DNA of 63,747 nt, counting the filler, from Globobulimina sp. (Eukaryota), in assembly GCA_003354225.1 (NCBI GenBank). It is 28 parts of 28 records of this genome, joined end to end, with 100 filler letters (N's around TTAATTAATTAA, not from the genome) between each part and the next. Parts side by side here need not be neighbours in the genome. Positions count along the whole stretch, not along the records: positions 1 to 2,182 come from PIVH01008370.1; positions 2,283 to 4,464 come from PIVH01008371.1; positions 4,565 to 6,746 come from PIVH01008372.1; positions 6,847 to 9,028 come from PIVH01008373.1; positions 9,129 to 11,310 come from PIVH01008374.1; 23 more parts are not named here. The stretch is one strand, 5' to 3'. Both the position numbers and the translations under genes were made by a program. Numbering within the stretch: position 1 is the first letter of the stretch; every line of letters begins with the position of its first letter. The notes under the pieces are model-generated. The model was given only the letters and a program-made list of their open reading frames with translations. It did not search any database and had not been told where the DNA came from. Below are positions 1-11,410 of this stretch, piece by piece.

Positions 1-1039
1 GAGCCCAAAAATAATCACTCCCTACAGATACTAATCCATTTACAGTCAGCAATAATAAAATCTCATTCGATGGCCATACAAACATTTCATATTTAAGCAC
101 GTCTAAAAATATCAAAAACGGCCATAACATGAAAACATTTAACAATCCTAAAAACGCAAAAAATAAAAACATATTTACTTTATTTTCATCACCGATTTTA
201 TATTTTATTAACGTCACATAACACGCATAAATAAATGCTGATAGCAACGCTAAAATGTCACCAAACACACTTCCTTTGCTATCATTGTTGTGTTTGTCAT
301 CTAAGTATCCAATAAATATGGCACCCAATAATGTTATTAGCACACCGCTGGAATTGCAAAATGATAACTTTGTATTTAACAAACATTTGCTTAACAATAA
401 ACTGAATGGACCGCTCATGGTCGACAAGATGGTGTTGCTTGCGACAGAGGTCATATTTAATGAGATATTGAATGTATAGTTCATTAAAAACCAGATGGGG
501 CAGAATATTAATGATAACTTCAGTGTCTGTGCTAATGATAATTTATTTAATTTATTCAATGATGGAATGCAGATTGAATCGTAATTACATGCACAATTCG
601 AATGTGTTTGCATTTCAGGTTCATCTGTTTGATCATCATCGGATATGTTGGTTATATTTTTATTTATATATTCGACACATTCTGTACTCGGTGATTGCAG
701 TTCAGACAGTTCTGGATTGGGTGGTGATGCATTTATAGATGAATAAGAGTTTGATGGTGATTGTTGTGTTGGTGATAACGAGGAATATAATGATTTGTCA
801 ATACTGTCACTGTTAAAGTAGGAATTGCATTGATTTACAATTAATCGGACAAAGAATGGTAAATAAATCATGAACAATGAGGTACTAAAATATGTTAAGA
901 AAAATGGATGATTGAAATCTTTATTTTCAAAGATGCTTTGGGTTAATTCTGAACTTGTTACCCATAATAAAACAACTAAAAGTACATAAAATACGCCAAT
1001 TGCGTGTCTGCCCCATTTGTTACAGTTTAATGCAGACAT
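1..1039 (-). CDS. SLC35F5: SLC35F5-like EamA/DMT-family transporter, 3' end truncated by the window edge (absent from the ORF track)
   Basis: Manual translation from the ATG at 1039 gives MSALNCNKWGRHAIGVFYVLLVVLLWVTSSELTQSIFENKDFNHPFFLTYFSTSLF...NYTFNISLNMTSVASNTILSTMSGPF...GDILALLSAFIYACY...FFAFLGLLN, which carries SLC35F5-family motifs. Confidence 0.85.
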   Translation of the reverse strand, partial: MSALNCNKWGRHAIGVFYVLLVVLLWVTSSELTQSIFENKDFNHPFFLTYFSTSLFMIYLPFFVRLIVNQCNSYFNSDSIDKSLYSSLSPTQQSPSNSYSSINASPPNPELSELQSPSTECVEYINKNITNISDDDQTDEPEMQTHSNCACNYDSICIPSLNKLNKLSLAQTLKLSLIFCPIWFLMNYTFNISLNMTSVASNTILSTMSGPFSLLLSKCLLNTKLSFCNSSGVLITLLGAIFIGYLDDKHNNDSKGSVFGDILALLSAFIYACYVTLIKYKIGDENKVNMFLFFAFLGLLNVFMLWPFLIFLDVLKYEMFVWPSNEILLLLTVNGLVSVGSDYFWA

Positions 1040-1078
1040 TATCTCTAGTGAATTAAATAAAAAAACCTACTTTGAAGC

Positions 1079-1735
1079 ATGTCAAGCAAGTCAAAGAAGA
1101 AAAACAAAGCAATGAATAGATTGACACCAGAAATATGTTTCGAGCATGTTATGTGTGGATACACTCGAAATTATTCTGAATTGGAGTATTTCCCAACTTC
1201 ATTAATATGGATAATGATAAAATATTTGCAAACTATATTTATGAATTTTGATGTTTATCATGAAGAATATGAAAGTTGCATATTTGAGAATGGGTTCACT
1301 TTTCAACGAAATCAAGAAAAAGGTGTATTTGTCATTGGTTGTTCCAAAAGAAATAAAGGAAGACATACCTTTAAAATTAAACTAATTGATGGAGTTTGGG
1401 GAAACGATGCCATTGGAATTACTAAACATATTTATGTTTGTAAGCAACGTTCAATTCATTCAATTGATATGTTAAATGGATATTTTTGGAGAGGAAATAA
1501 GTTGAGTTTAACATATGGAAATAATGAATTCAGTGTATGTGCAATGTCGAAGCGTCCATCACGAAATGATGTAGTTAGTGTTCATTTGGATTGTAAAAAA
1601 TGGAAATTAACCTTCAAATTAAACGGAGAGCCAGTACACGACACAGAGTCTATTTCTGCCGGGAAATACCATCTCGTCATTTGTTCAGCTGAGCAAAACA
1701 ATCGATATCAGTTGATTTCTAAACATGTGTTATAA
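1079..1735 (+). CDS. SPRY/B30.2-like beta-sandwich protein with an N-terminal GY(I/T)R...P..I motif
   Basis: 218-aa ORF. GRHTFKIKL...AIGI...NDVVSVHLDCKKWKLTFKLNG...YHLVI resembles the SPRY strands. It lies head-to-head with the SLC35F5-like gene, 39 bp apart. Confidence 0.6.
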   Translation: MSSKSKKKNKAMNRLTPEICFEHVMCGYTRNYSELEYFPTSLIWIMIKYLQTIFMNFDVYHEEYESCIFENGFTFQRNQEKGVFVIGCSKRNKGRHTFKIKLIDGVWGNDAIGITKHIYVCKQRSIHSIDMLNGYFWRGNKLSLTYGNNEFSVCAMSKRPSRNDVVSVHLDCKKWKLTFKLNGEPVHDTESISAGKYHLVICSAEQNNRYQLISKHVL

Positions 1736-2182
1736 CGGATTTCTATGGCTTCTACATTTCATTTATATAATTGTAAATTTTCAAAACGTGTACTTGAGTT
1801 ATCTTGTTTGCAACTTATCGACCAAATGGTGTGGTGTCTGGGAGGCTTATCTTTTGGAATAAGCTACTTCATTGCTTTAGAGAATTTTCGTTGTGTCCTT
1901 GCACTCAGAAAAAAGCATGTCACAATCAAGTGCTAATCAAGAAGCAATTGATGAAAGCCATATCATCAAACAAGGATTGCTCCAAAAAAAAAGTTAAATA
2001 TAGTAATGATATATTATCAAATTGATTCGTATTTGACATATGATCTGTAGGCAGACATATTGGTTCATGGAGATCTCTATGGACAGTTTTGACTCCACAC
2101 TGTTTATTTACATTTAAGACTCGAAATGAGAAAGAAAACGCCACCCTTCTAACACCGCTATCCAATATCCATAATCTCCGGT

Positions 2183-2282
2183 NNNNNNNNNNNNNNNNNN
2201 NNNNNNNNNNNNNNNNNNNNNNNNNNTTAATTAATTAANNNNNNNNNNNNNNNNNNNNNNNNNNNNNNNNNNNNNNNNNNNN
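2183..2282. other. Artificial contig spacer N44-TTAATTAATTAA-N44 (first of 27, recurring about every 2.28 kb)
   Basis: The same 100-nt spacer recurs through to 61470-61569. The 12-mer is a palindrome giving stops in all six frames, and the flanking contigs shrink steadily in length. Confidence 0.98.
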
Positions 2283-4464
2283 TAAATAGTTATTTTTTCT
2301 AAAACGACCGGAAGTGACCTAATTAGCATAACATCACAAATTAATGACTAATAAATAACTCAGCCAATAGTTGACCGATCATAATGAAACTTCTGAGATA
2401 GTTTGTACTAAGTACTAAACATCAGCAACATGAACAAGAAATGAGCTATTTCCGGTCACATGACCAAAAATCGATATTTTCGAGATAACCGGATAAAAGT
2501 GACAAAAATTGTTGTTGGCTGCCGAAATAGAAATTATTTAGAATATATCATGGTCAAGCAATCCAATGTAATACAGTACAGTTCAGTTTAGTTCAGTTCG
2601 GTACATGACAGGACAGTACTCAGGAGTCAATTAGCCCTAGATCGGTATACATAGGTATAAGGTGCATAATTAATTATTCGAAAATATCGAAAATTATCAA
2701 TTTTTATTCGATTTTTAGCAATAACTTAATTCATATTTTGATCGCATTTGACTCAGAACATTATCAGCTTTCGACATATATAGGTATCAACTCTGTCATT
2801 AAATATTCGAAAATATCGATAATTAATTATTAATAATTAATTATAGACACATTTTTGAACAACGAAAATGCCCTACCTTATAAACACATAACCACAACCA
2901 CAATCTATTGAATGAGTCATCGATCAGCACGATCACTCTGACAGTTTTCTCAAACATTATACCGAACAGACACACACACACACACACACACACACACCCA
3001 GACACGGACAGATGTATAAATAGATTATTGTATTACAATGTAAGACCATGGTAGTAATTTAACAGTAGAGAACGTGGTCGTATTATTAATTACGATTAAT
3101 TTATAATATTTCATAGCAATTAGGTGAATAAATAAAACAAAAAGTTAACTTTTTAATTTTTTGCCCAAGTGGTCTCGGACTTATTTTTTGTGAAAGTGTA
3201 CCTATATCTCGGTACCTATCCATCTAAGCTTAAAACGGACAAGACCAATGTTTTTCTCACCACTTATTTACCCTAGTCCGACTAATGAATATTTAAAATT
3301 CGAAGGTTGGTTTTTCAGCTAGCCCAAAAAGTCAAGTAGAGTTAGGATTTTGACGGGTCTTAAGGCTCATTTGGTGTCTCTTAAGGCTCACAGTGTCCTA
3401 ATGTATGACAAAATCTCAATTCATTCTTATATTTTGATACTTTTTGAGCAAATCGTAGAAGATTCATTTTACTAGGATACCACATTATGGTAAAGTAGCA
3501 TCCAGGATTCCGCTGAAGTGATTGATTTTACTCGTAACCCAATGGGTATTCGGGTATGGGTACATGTTTGTTATAAAAAAGTCCGAGACCAGTCAACAAA
3601 ATAAAATAGCATATCATACTTTCTTTCCATATAATACCTAACCCTATGTTTGTCCGATTCTACTGAAACTTGGCACAACTAATGACGCCTGTCATCTAAC
3701 TAAGCACAGCAAACATTGGCCCGATCAGCCGATTCCTTTCCGAGATATGGAATCGCAAAGAAGTTTAGAATCTCATCTCTTTCTTTCCTTCTTCTTGTTC
3801 CATTCGCTATGGTGAAACAAAAAAACTCCAAGGATGAATCGCACTGAAACGTTTCCTACTACTAGGTTAGGTTATCAGGGTCTGGGAGTCTAAATAAATC
3901 GTTAATTTTTTTCCAAAACGACCGGAACTGACCTAATTAGCATAACATCACTAATTAATCACTAATAACTAAGCCAATAGTTGACCGATCATAATGAAAC
4001 TTCTCTTGTACTAAGCACCAGCAATGTGCTCAAAAACTGAGCTATTTCCGGTCACGTGACCAAAGATCGATATTTTCGAGATGAGCAATTTCCGGTCACG
4101 TGACCAAAAATCGATATTTTCAAGATAGGTGAATAAAAGCGACAAAAATTGTTGTTGGCTGCTGAAATAGAAATTACCTATTTATCATGGCTAAGTAATC
4201 CAATGTAATACAGTACAGTACAATATTTGGGAGTCTGTTAGCTCTCGATCGGTAAACATAGGTATCAAGGTGCATAATTAATTATTCAAAAATATCGAAA
4301 GTGAATATAAGCAACGAAAACTGTTGTTGGTTGCTGAAATAGAAATTAGAATATATCATGGCCAAGGAATCCAATGTAATACAGTACAGTTCAGTTCAGT
4401 ACAGGACAGTACTTGGGAGTCAGTTAGCTCTCGAACGGTAAACATAGGTATCAAGGTGCATAAT
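2283..4464. repeat. Non-coding repeat contig: about 1.6-kb direct repeat with about 185-bp subrepeats and a (CA)n microsatellite
   Basis: 2283-2690 recurs at about 3895-4300 (aaaacgaccggaa.tgacctaattagcataacatcac...ccgatcataatgaaacttc). The unit gttgttgg.tgc.gaaatagaaatt...aggtgcataat occurs three times. (CA)n lies at about 2970-2997. No credible ORF. Confidence 0.85.
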
Positions 4465-4564
4465 NNNNNNNNNNNNNNNNNNNNNNNNNNNNNNNNNNNN
4501 NNNNNNNNTTAATTAATTAANNNNNNNNNNNNNNNNNNNNNNNNNNNNNNNNNNNNNNNNNNNN

Positions 4565-6316
4565 CACCACTCAACATTCCACATTCTCCAACCCCACCAC
4601 CATCAAATCCTCTATTTCCGTTACCGTTCCCTGCGCCTGTGCCTGCGCCAGTGCTTCCAGTCCCGGCACCATTACCGACCCCTCCGGTGATAGCATTCCC
4701 TATCGATGTTATGTGCAGCCATCCAGGTCCATGTTCCTGCCCTGTTGGCCATGCCGGAATGTGTAATATCCGATGTGAAGGGTCGCCTGATGCCTGTAAG
4801 GATTCCTTAATCGAATGTAACAACGATGGCTATCCATGTTTTGTACACTGTACTGAAGAAACGGCCTGCAGCGGAAGTAGCAGTATCATGGGCCCATTAA
4901 ACGCTGCTTTAACTGTGTTCTGCGACGGCGAGAAAGCTTGTGAAGGGGCCACACAGTTTAACGGCGAAGCAGGTACTGATTTGAGTGTTACTTGCGAAGG
5001 TATTACGTCCTGCAAAGGTGGTCAGTTCAATTTTGGTAAAGGAGTAGGCAGTGTGGGATGTAATGGCGACCCGGATGCATGTCTTGCAGCGGTGTTTAAT
5101 TTATTGCCTGGCGCGACCAGTATGCCTGGGGCTGCCTTCTCTTGTACCGGACAATCATGTCCGCCCGATGTACCTCCACCATTTAGGTTTGTTACATTTG
5201 TCTATATCGCAAACCATGCAAACTATAGAAATTAATTGTTTTTTAGCAACGTTTTCGTGCCGCCTGGTACAGCTATGTGTAGAGAACAAGGTGACTGTTC
5301 ATGTCAATTTGGACTAACTGAACCATGTAAAATAACGTTAAGTAATACGCTCAACCATTAAAAAGCATGATTCACTCACTAATCTAATGAATAATGATAT
5401 TGTACGCAGTTGTGATGGCTCGCCCGATGCATGTAAAGATGGTGTAATTGCTTGTAATTCGGATGGATTTGATTGTGTGGTGGATTGTATCGGAGCAAAC
5501 TCGTGTGCTGGTTCCTCGACTATAAGCGGTCCAGTTGGTGCGTCATTGACTGTGAATTGTATTGGAGAGAAATCCTGTGAAGGATCCGTAACATTTGATG
5601 CTAAGTTTGGTACAGATTTAACTGTTACTTGTGCGGGCAGTGAAGCATGCAAAGGTAGTGGTGTATCATTCGATTTTGGCTCTGGTGCTGGCACCGTTTT
5701 TTGTCGTGGAAATCCTGATTCGTGCCTAGATGCCAATTTTAATGCGCCAACTGCAGCTGGCAGTTCTTTGTCATGCACTGGTGCTAATTGCCCGGTTGGT
5801 GTTGCTCCTGCCACGACCACTACCACTACAACTACTGCGCAACCTGTACAGCCCATTGCTACCTCGCCATTTGTTCCTGCACCACCAAATCCCACATATC
5901 CAGTTGTACCTGCACCACCAGTCATTGTTGTACCACCATTAGTTACCTCGCCGCCAATTGTTACATTACCACCAATTGTTACCGCACCGCCAATTGTTAC
6001 TGCGCCACCATTAGTTACTTCACCGCCAATTGTTACCTCACCAGCAATTGTAAGCGCCTCGCCATATTGTTGTCGAACATCAATACCCAATTTTAAACCA
6101 TGGAGAGGTCGATGTTGGGATGAAACTACGCGAACAGCATGTGTAGCTGAGGCAAATAATCGATGTTTCTGGGATGCAGCCGATTGTTTACCTGATCCAC
6201 CGGTAAATACATATTTTTCAATGGCGAATGCGGGCTGTAAATTTATGGGTGATGCATGTTATGATAATAGCCAATGTTGTTCTGAAACATGTAATGCAGA
6301 TCGTTCATGTAGATAA
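4565..6316 (+). CDS. Cys-rich/Pro-Thr-rich probable extracellular protein with two tandem Cys-rich domains; 5'-truncated; introns 5187-5246 and 5337-5409
   Basis: Removing two GT-AG introns joins ORFs 4639-5235 and 5387-6316 in frame. The two copies read CNIRCEGSPDACKD...CDGEKACEG...GTDLSVTC and CKITCDGSPDACKD...CIGEKSCEG...GTDLTVTC, followed by PPIVT repeats and a C-terminal C-C-CC-C-C motif. Confidence 0.8.
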
Positions 6317-6598
6317 GCATTAAGTAAATAATAAATATCAAACTATGTTTTTCCTATCTTGTATGTTTTTTTTGCAGTAGTATTTTTTCTTTAATTTGTT
6401 TTTATTTTTATTTCTATAGTTGTTAATGTTTTTTCTTATTTTGTTTTTTCTCGTGCGGTTACAACTTATTCTGTGACCATTTATTTTATTTAGTCCTTTG
6501 TTTACAATAGAAACAGCTCTACTCAATTTTGTCCGACTGTTTTTCACAACTTCTACTATATCGGCCTTGCACTGTCTGTTAAAGATAGGACTTAAAAA

Positions 6599-6746
6599 AT
6601 GTCAAAAGAAGCGTTAGTTATTATATTAGATGTTGGTAAATCTATGGGAAATTTACGAGAAAATGGAGGAATGACAGGATTGGACAAAGCAAAGGCAGCA
6701 TTTCGATTAATGATTCAAATGTTAATGCAACAGGAGAATATATTAT
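6599..6746 (+). CDS. XRCC5: Ku80 N-terminal vWA fragment (3'-truncated)
   Basis: MSKEALVIILDVGKSM...GLDKAK resembles the Ku80 N-terminus (KEALVLLLDVGPSM). Confidence 0.65.
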
Positions 6747-7081
6747 NNNNNNNNNNNNNNNNNNNNNNNNNNNNNNNNNNNNNNNNNNNNTTAATTAATT
6801 AANNNNNNNNNNNNNNNNNNNNNNNNNNNNNNNNNNNNNNNNNNNNTCAATCTAATCTGCTCTTAATTCACAGGAATGTCAGAAAAAGAGTCCTGGGAGA
6901 TTCAATAGATATATTTCTGATTGTCAGAATTCTAAATATATTGACCTTGTTTCTAAATATATTCTGATTGTCAGAGTCCTTGTTTCATTAATAATTCAAC
7001 TTAAGTTCTCACCGCCTAAACTTCCGAACCTCTCAACCTCTCAAACCTCTGACTTTAATGCATTTCTTTCAGTAACAAAGC

Positions 7082-8113
7082 ATGGGTGCTGATGAAAGTA
7101 AACAATTATTTGACAAATTCAAAAGTGAATCAAAAGATCAATTAAAAGGGGATTTTTCTCGTTTTATTGATAAATCGGAAACAAGAAAAATCCTTTTTGA
7201 GAAGTTAATAGAAGAAAACCCAAAGAATTCCCAGTATTATCTTGAATATACCAATGCATTGATGGGTTGTGGTCAAAGACAATTAGCAATGAAACACATT
7301 AAAATATATTGGAATTTATGTGATAAGACATTTATTAATGTTATCAGTATCATTTCTGCATTACAAGACGGTGAATGTACTGATATGGCACTAAAATTCT
7401 GTAGAATAGGTCGGAAAATGATAATAAATAAAGCTCGTCGTCGTCAAACTGACGATGATATGGCTAAAATAAGATTTTATTTGCATTATGCTCATGTACG
7501 AATTGCAAAGGCATATAGTATCAAAAAAATACGCAAATTACTGTACATAGCACTATATTTATTGGATAATTACAAAATATATGGTTTTGAAGGCAGGAGA
7601 TATCAAATGAGATTACAATTGGCCACCGATTTTCTCCTCATTGGATCGTATAATATGTCATTGCAGCAAATCAAACCCATCCTGCGATACAAAAACAAGC
7701 AATATTTTGACTTTGATCGAAATGGAGATCGGATTTTAATAAATAAAAACAAAATTTGTAAGATTTACGGTGAATTAATGCTGATTAAGGGGCAGTATAC
7801 CGTTGCGAGACAATATTTGCTGCAGGTTACAAATGAAAAGGATTATAGTTTGGCGCTGAGTGATTATGCAACAAATGGATTTCTGATGAAATGTTGCATG
7901 GAAATGGACGATTATAATCAAGCAACGATATATTATCAAAAAGCAGTAACCAATAAAAAAAGTGCAAAAACATTGAATAACAAAGTATTTGATTTCCAAC
8001 ATTGTCATGGATTATTTTTGTATGGATGTATGTATCACAATCCATATGAAGCAAACCAAACATATCAACAATTAAAGGAAATGAGATATAATATTATATC
8101 TATGTACCTATGA
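7082..8113 (+). CDS. TPR-like helical repeat protein, possibly truncated by the downstream repeat array
   Basis: 343-aa ORF with TPR-like segments (EENPKNSQYYLEYTNALMGCGQRQLAMKH; YGELMLIKGQYTVARQYL; MDDYNQATIYYQKAV). Its stop codon lies inside the first 11-mer repeat. Confidence 0.6.
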   Translation: MGADESKQLFDKFKSESKDQLKGDFSRFIDKSETRKILFEKLIEENPKNSQYYLEYTNALMGCGQRQLAMKHIKIYWNLCDKTFINVISIISALQDGECTDMALKFCRIGRKMIINKARRRQTDDDMAKIRFYLHYAHVRIAKAYSIKKIRKLLYIALYLLDNYKIYGFEGRRYQMRLQLATDFLLIGSYNMSLQQIKPILRYKNKQYFDFDRNGDRILINKNKICKIYGELMLIKGQYTVARQYLLQVTNEKDYSLALSDYATNGFLMKCCMEMDDYNQATIYYQKAVTNKKSAKTLNNKVFDFQHCHGLFLYGCMYHNPYEANQTYQQLKEMRYNIISMYL

Positions 8114-8226
8114 AACTCCCATGAAACTCCCATGAAACTCCCATGAAACCCCCATGAAACTCTAGTGAAACTAATGTCAACATCTTTGAAACTCCCATGA
8201 AACTCCCATGAAACCCAAGTGAAACT
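8110..8226 (+). repeat. Tandem array of the 11-mer ATGAAACTCCC (about 9 TGAAAC cores)
   Basis: atgaaactccc atgaaactccc atgaaactccc atgaaacccccatgaaactctagtgaaact...tgaaactcccatgaaactcccatgaaacccaagtgaaact. Confidence 0.9.
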
Positions 8227-8271
8227 GTCTCATCTGTCTTTTGCTAATCCAAACATAAACAAATAAGTTTC

Positions 8272-9019
8272 ATGGGCAACACAATCTCGCAACATGATGA
8301 CATAAAATCAATTGACACTGAAACAGCTATCGAAGCAAACCAAAAATATATTAATCAATTCGCATTCGACGCAAACCAAGAATTCTTCCATGTGAATGAT
8401 CAACCATACGTTGTCGAAGAAAAAGACGAAGAATTTGCATATAATGATTCGTGCTTTGCTAAACCAAATTCTAGCCGATGTACACAACAACAAAAGATAA
8501 AAGGTATCATGTATTTACATATTTTTTATCAGGTATTACATATTTTTTACAGGACTCACACGGAAGCGAATTGAACGATATCTGCAGCATGGCGGACATC
8601 TTGTCAACACAACCAGTAGTCATAGACGTCTCGTTGACGGTAGATCAATGGAACGATCATATCATGTTTCAATGATTGACCTTAAACGCAATGCTCAAAA
8701 CTCAAGCAAAGTAAAATTGGCAGCAATAGTTAAAAGTCAAACAGAAGCAAATAGAGAGTATAAAGTATCTGTGTACTTTCAAGATTGCGTTATTAAAAAT
8801 GGTAAAATAGAAGTTGAGAGCACAGAAAACATAACATCTTCATTTTGCAATTGCAAAGATAAATATGGTGATTTTGTGGATGATAATAAGAAGAAGAAAT
8901 GTAAACATATTGTTGGGGTATTAGAAGGGGTGCGAGAAGAATACAAACGAAACAGATTTGTGAACACAGGAAAAAGTAAAGATTTTTATAAAGTTAATAT
9001 TTATTTTCCTTTTGTTTGA
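8272..9019 (+). CDS. SWIM zinc-finger protein, intron 8504-8552; probably continues past the contig end
   Basis: Splicing 8504-8552 joins MGNTIS...QQKIK to GLTRKRIERY...RSMERSYHV...YKVSVYF...SFCNCKDK...CKHIVGVL, a CxC-xn-CxH SWIM motif. Confidence 0.7.
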
Positions 9020-9400
9020 TTTAACATANNNNNNNNNNNNNNNNNNNNNNNNNNNNNNNNNNNNNNNNNNNNTTAATTAATTAANNNNNNNNNNNNNNNN
9101 NNNNNNNNNNNNNNNNNNNNNNNNNNNNAGTGGAGTGATACATTTTTGTTGTGTGTTATTCATTAATATTCAATTTTCAAATCGATAGCGTTAATATTGC
9201 AGAAGTTACCATGACTGACTTGTAGTGACTTGACCTCAGTAATTGTCCAACGTTCTCCATGGTTCTTAGTCCAACGAGCACCACATCATAGCATACGTGA
9301 TATCATATGCATAGATATATTCCTTAAATCGATTTTATAGACATATACAAAAAGAAAGTCGTATAAAACGAGACAGCTACGGTCAAATCCCAACAATGAG

Positions 9401-11065
9401 ATGAATAGCGATGGTTCCTCTGATTATAATACTGATATAAAAGAACAACAATACGTGAAACCCACACAAAGTGATGAAGAAAGCCATGATAATGACAGTG
9501 AATCATCCTATAATATGTCCGATGACATTGATGAAAACAATAATAAATTGCATCGTTCATCGATAAAAAGCGGCAAACAATATGTCGAATTTGAAGATAG
9601 TTTCCATGTCTCCATAAATTGTTACATTTGTCAGAAACATTTTGATGCTTTCATTAAATATCGAGATCATATTAAGCAGCATTTTATTAATGATCCAAAC
9701 AAAACGTGGAGAAAATGCGAGTTTGGCTGCAAAACCACCGCCAAAGGCGATGACTTTGCGTTTGTTGGTCATATTGCAACTCATTCAAATACCAAACCAT
9801 TTCATTGCGATGTATTACTTGATGGCATGCGATGTGGCGCTTCCTTGTCTCGCAAAGCCAATCTCAAAGATCATTGGCGGAGACATTTCCCAAAGGATAT
9901 ATTTGAAAATAAAAGCAGAAAACAAGTACAATTGGAACAAATGAAACGGAATGCCGCATTTGTGGCGTTTGAGGACAGTTATCATGTTTCGGTGCATTGC
10001 CATATTTGCAAAGCTCATTTTGTAGATTTTGAAAAGTATAAAACTGACATACGAAAGCATTATAATATGGACTCTACTAAAATATGGAAAAAATGTGACT
10101 TTGGATGTTCACAGCCGCATTTTCCCGACGTTGTGGCTTTTCTTTCACACATTGCTTATAACCACACCAAAGAGAAACCATTCACATGTGACATAGTTTC
10201 GGATGGAATGAAGTGTGGCACCCAACACTGTCGCAAATCGGATATGAAGAAACATTGGAAAAGACACTTTCTGAGCAAACAAATTGATGAGAAACCAGTG
10301 GACTTTGAAGATAGTTATTATGTGTCTGTTAATTGCCATCTTTGCAAGCGACATTTTACTGAATTTTGTGAATATCGGACCCATATTCGACTGCATTATC
10401 AAAACGATCCGTTGCGTTCATGGTTGCAATGTGATTTTGGATGCAATTCGGCTGGAAATAAGTCATCCTTTTCGAGTGTGCATGGTTTTTTGTATCATAT
10501 TGCATCGCATACAAAGGATTTTGCATTTAAATGTAAGTTGAAAGTCAATGGAAATAAATGTAACGCTGCTATGCCGTTGAAAAGGTGCATTAAAAAACAT
10601 TGGCAAACAAGTCATTGCCGGAAAGCAATCGCAGTGAAAAATAAAACGAATATTATAATTAGCGACGAAAGTGATTATTCAGAGTCGGGATCAGAGACAT
10701 TATCTGGTGACAATATTAATGATTTAAAGGTTTTTGAAGAGAGTTTTATTTTTTGCATACAATGTCATATTTGTAAGTTGCGGTTTGATGATTTTGTTGC
10801 GTACAAAGCGGACATTAAAAACCATTATGTTAATGATGCAAATAGGAAGTGGATGCAATGTGATTTTGGATGCAGTCAAAAAGAAGGCTCAGGAATGCCA
10901 GTGGTATCTTCAAATACTAATAATTTTGTGGCACATATTGCTATGCACACAAAACAGAAACCGTATAAATGCGTTGTTTCTGTGAATGGCATAAAATGTA
11001 CACGAACATCCACCACGAGAGGTGACATAAGAAACCATTGGAGATCAACTCATTCCAAATGTTAA
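9401..11065 (+). CDS. Multi-C2H2 zinc-finger protein made of four modules of about 110 aa, each with three fingers
   Basis: The module FE(D/E)S....NC.ICK..F...Y..(H/D)I..H...W..C(D/E)FGC...F..HIA.H...KPF.C.....C......HW..H occurs four times. Confidence 0.85.
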   Translation: MNSDGSSDYNTDIKEQQYVKPTQSDEESHDNDSESSYNMSDDIDENNNKLHRSSIKSGKQYVEFEDSFHVSINCYICQKHFDAFIKYRDHIKQHFINDPNKTWRKCEFGCKTTAKGDDFAFVGHIATHSNTKPFHCDVLLDGMRCGASLSRKANLKDHWRRHFPKDIFENKSRKQVQLEQMKRNAAFVAFEDSYHVSVHCHICKAHFVDFEKYKTDIRKHYNMDSTKIWKKCDFGCSQPHFPDVVAFLSHIAYNHTKEKPFTCDIVSDGMKCGTQHCRKSDMKKHWKRHFLSKQIDEKPVDFEDSYYVSVNCHLCKRHFTEFCEYRTHIRLHYQNDPLRSWLQCDFGCNSAGNKSSFSSVHGFLYHIASHTKDFAFKCKLKVNGNKCNAAMPLKRCIKKHWQTSHCRKAIAVKNKTNIIISDESDYSESGSETLSGDNINDLKVFEESFIFCIQCHICKLRFDDFVAYKADIKNHYVNDANRKWMQCDFGCSQKEGSGMPVVSSNTNNFVAHIAMHTKQKPYKCVVSVNGIKCTRTSTTRGDIRNHWRSTHSKC

Positions 11066-11410
11066 TATTGTTTTTAAATATTTATGAAGTAAACATTTTC
11101 TACAAATTAATGGAATTGTTTCTAAGTGCCGAGTGGAACCAAAAATTATAATTATATAAAATACACATTTGCAACCAATCACAAAAAACGCAAAACAATC
11201 ATTGCTTAATTATCAAATAATCCTCATAACCATCCTTTGATGAATTTATATTCCATTTTTTATCATTAAATCTTTGTTTTATGGACTCATTCAAAATATC
11301 ACTTAACCAGNNNNNNNNNNNNNNNNNNNNNNNNNNNNNNNNNNNNNNNNNNNNTTAATTAATTAANNNNNNNNNNNNNNNNNNNNNNNNNNNNNNNNNN
11401 NNNNNNNNNN

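Noticed and set aside
255-738. Plus-strand ORFs 255-479 and 472-738
   Set aside because: They are antisense to the SLC35F5-like gene that the ORF track missed.
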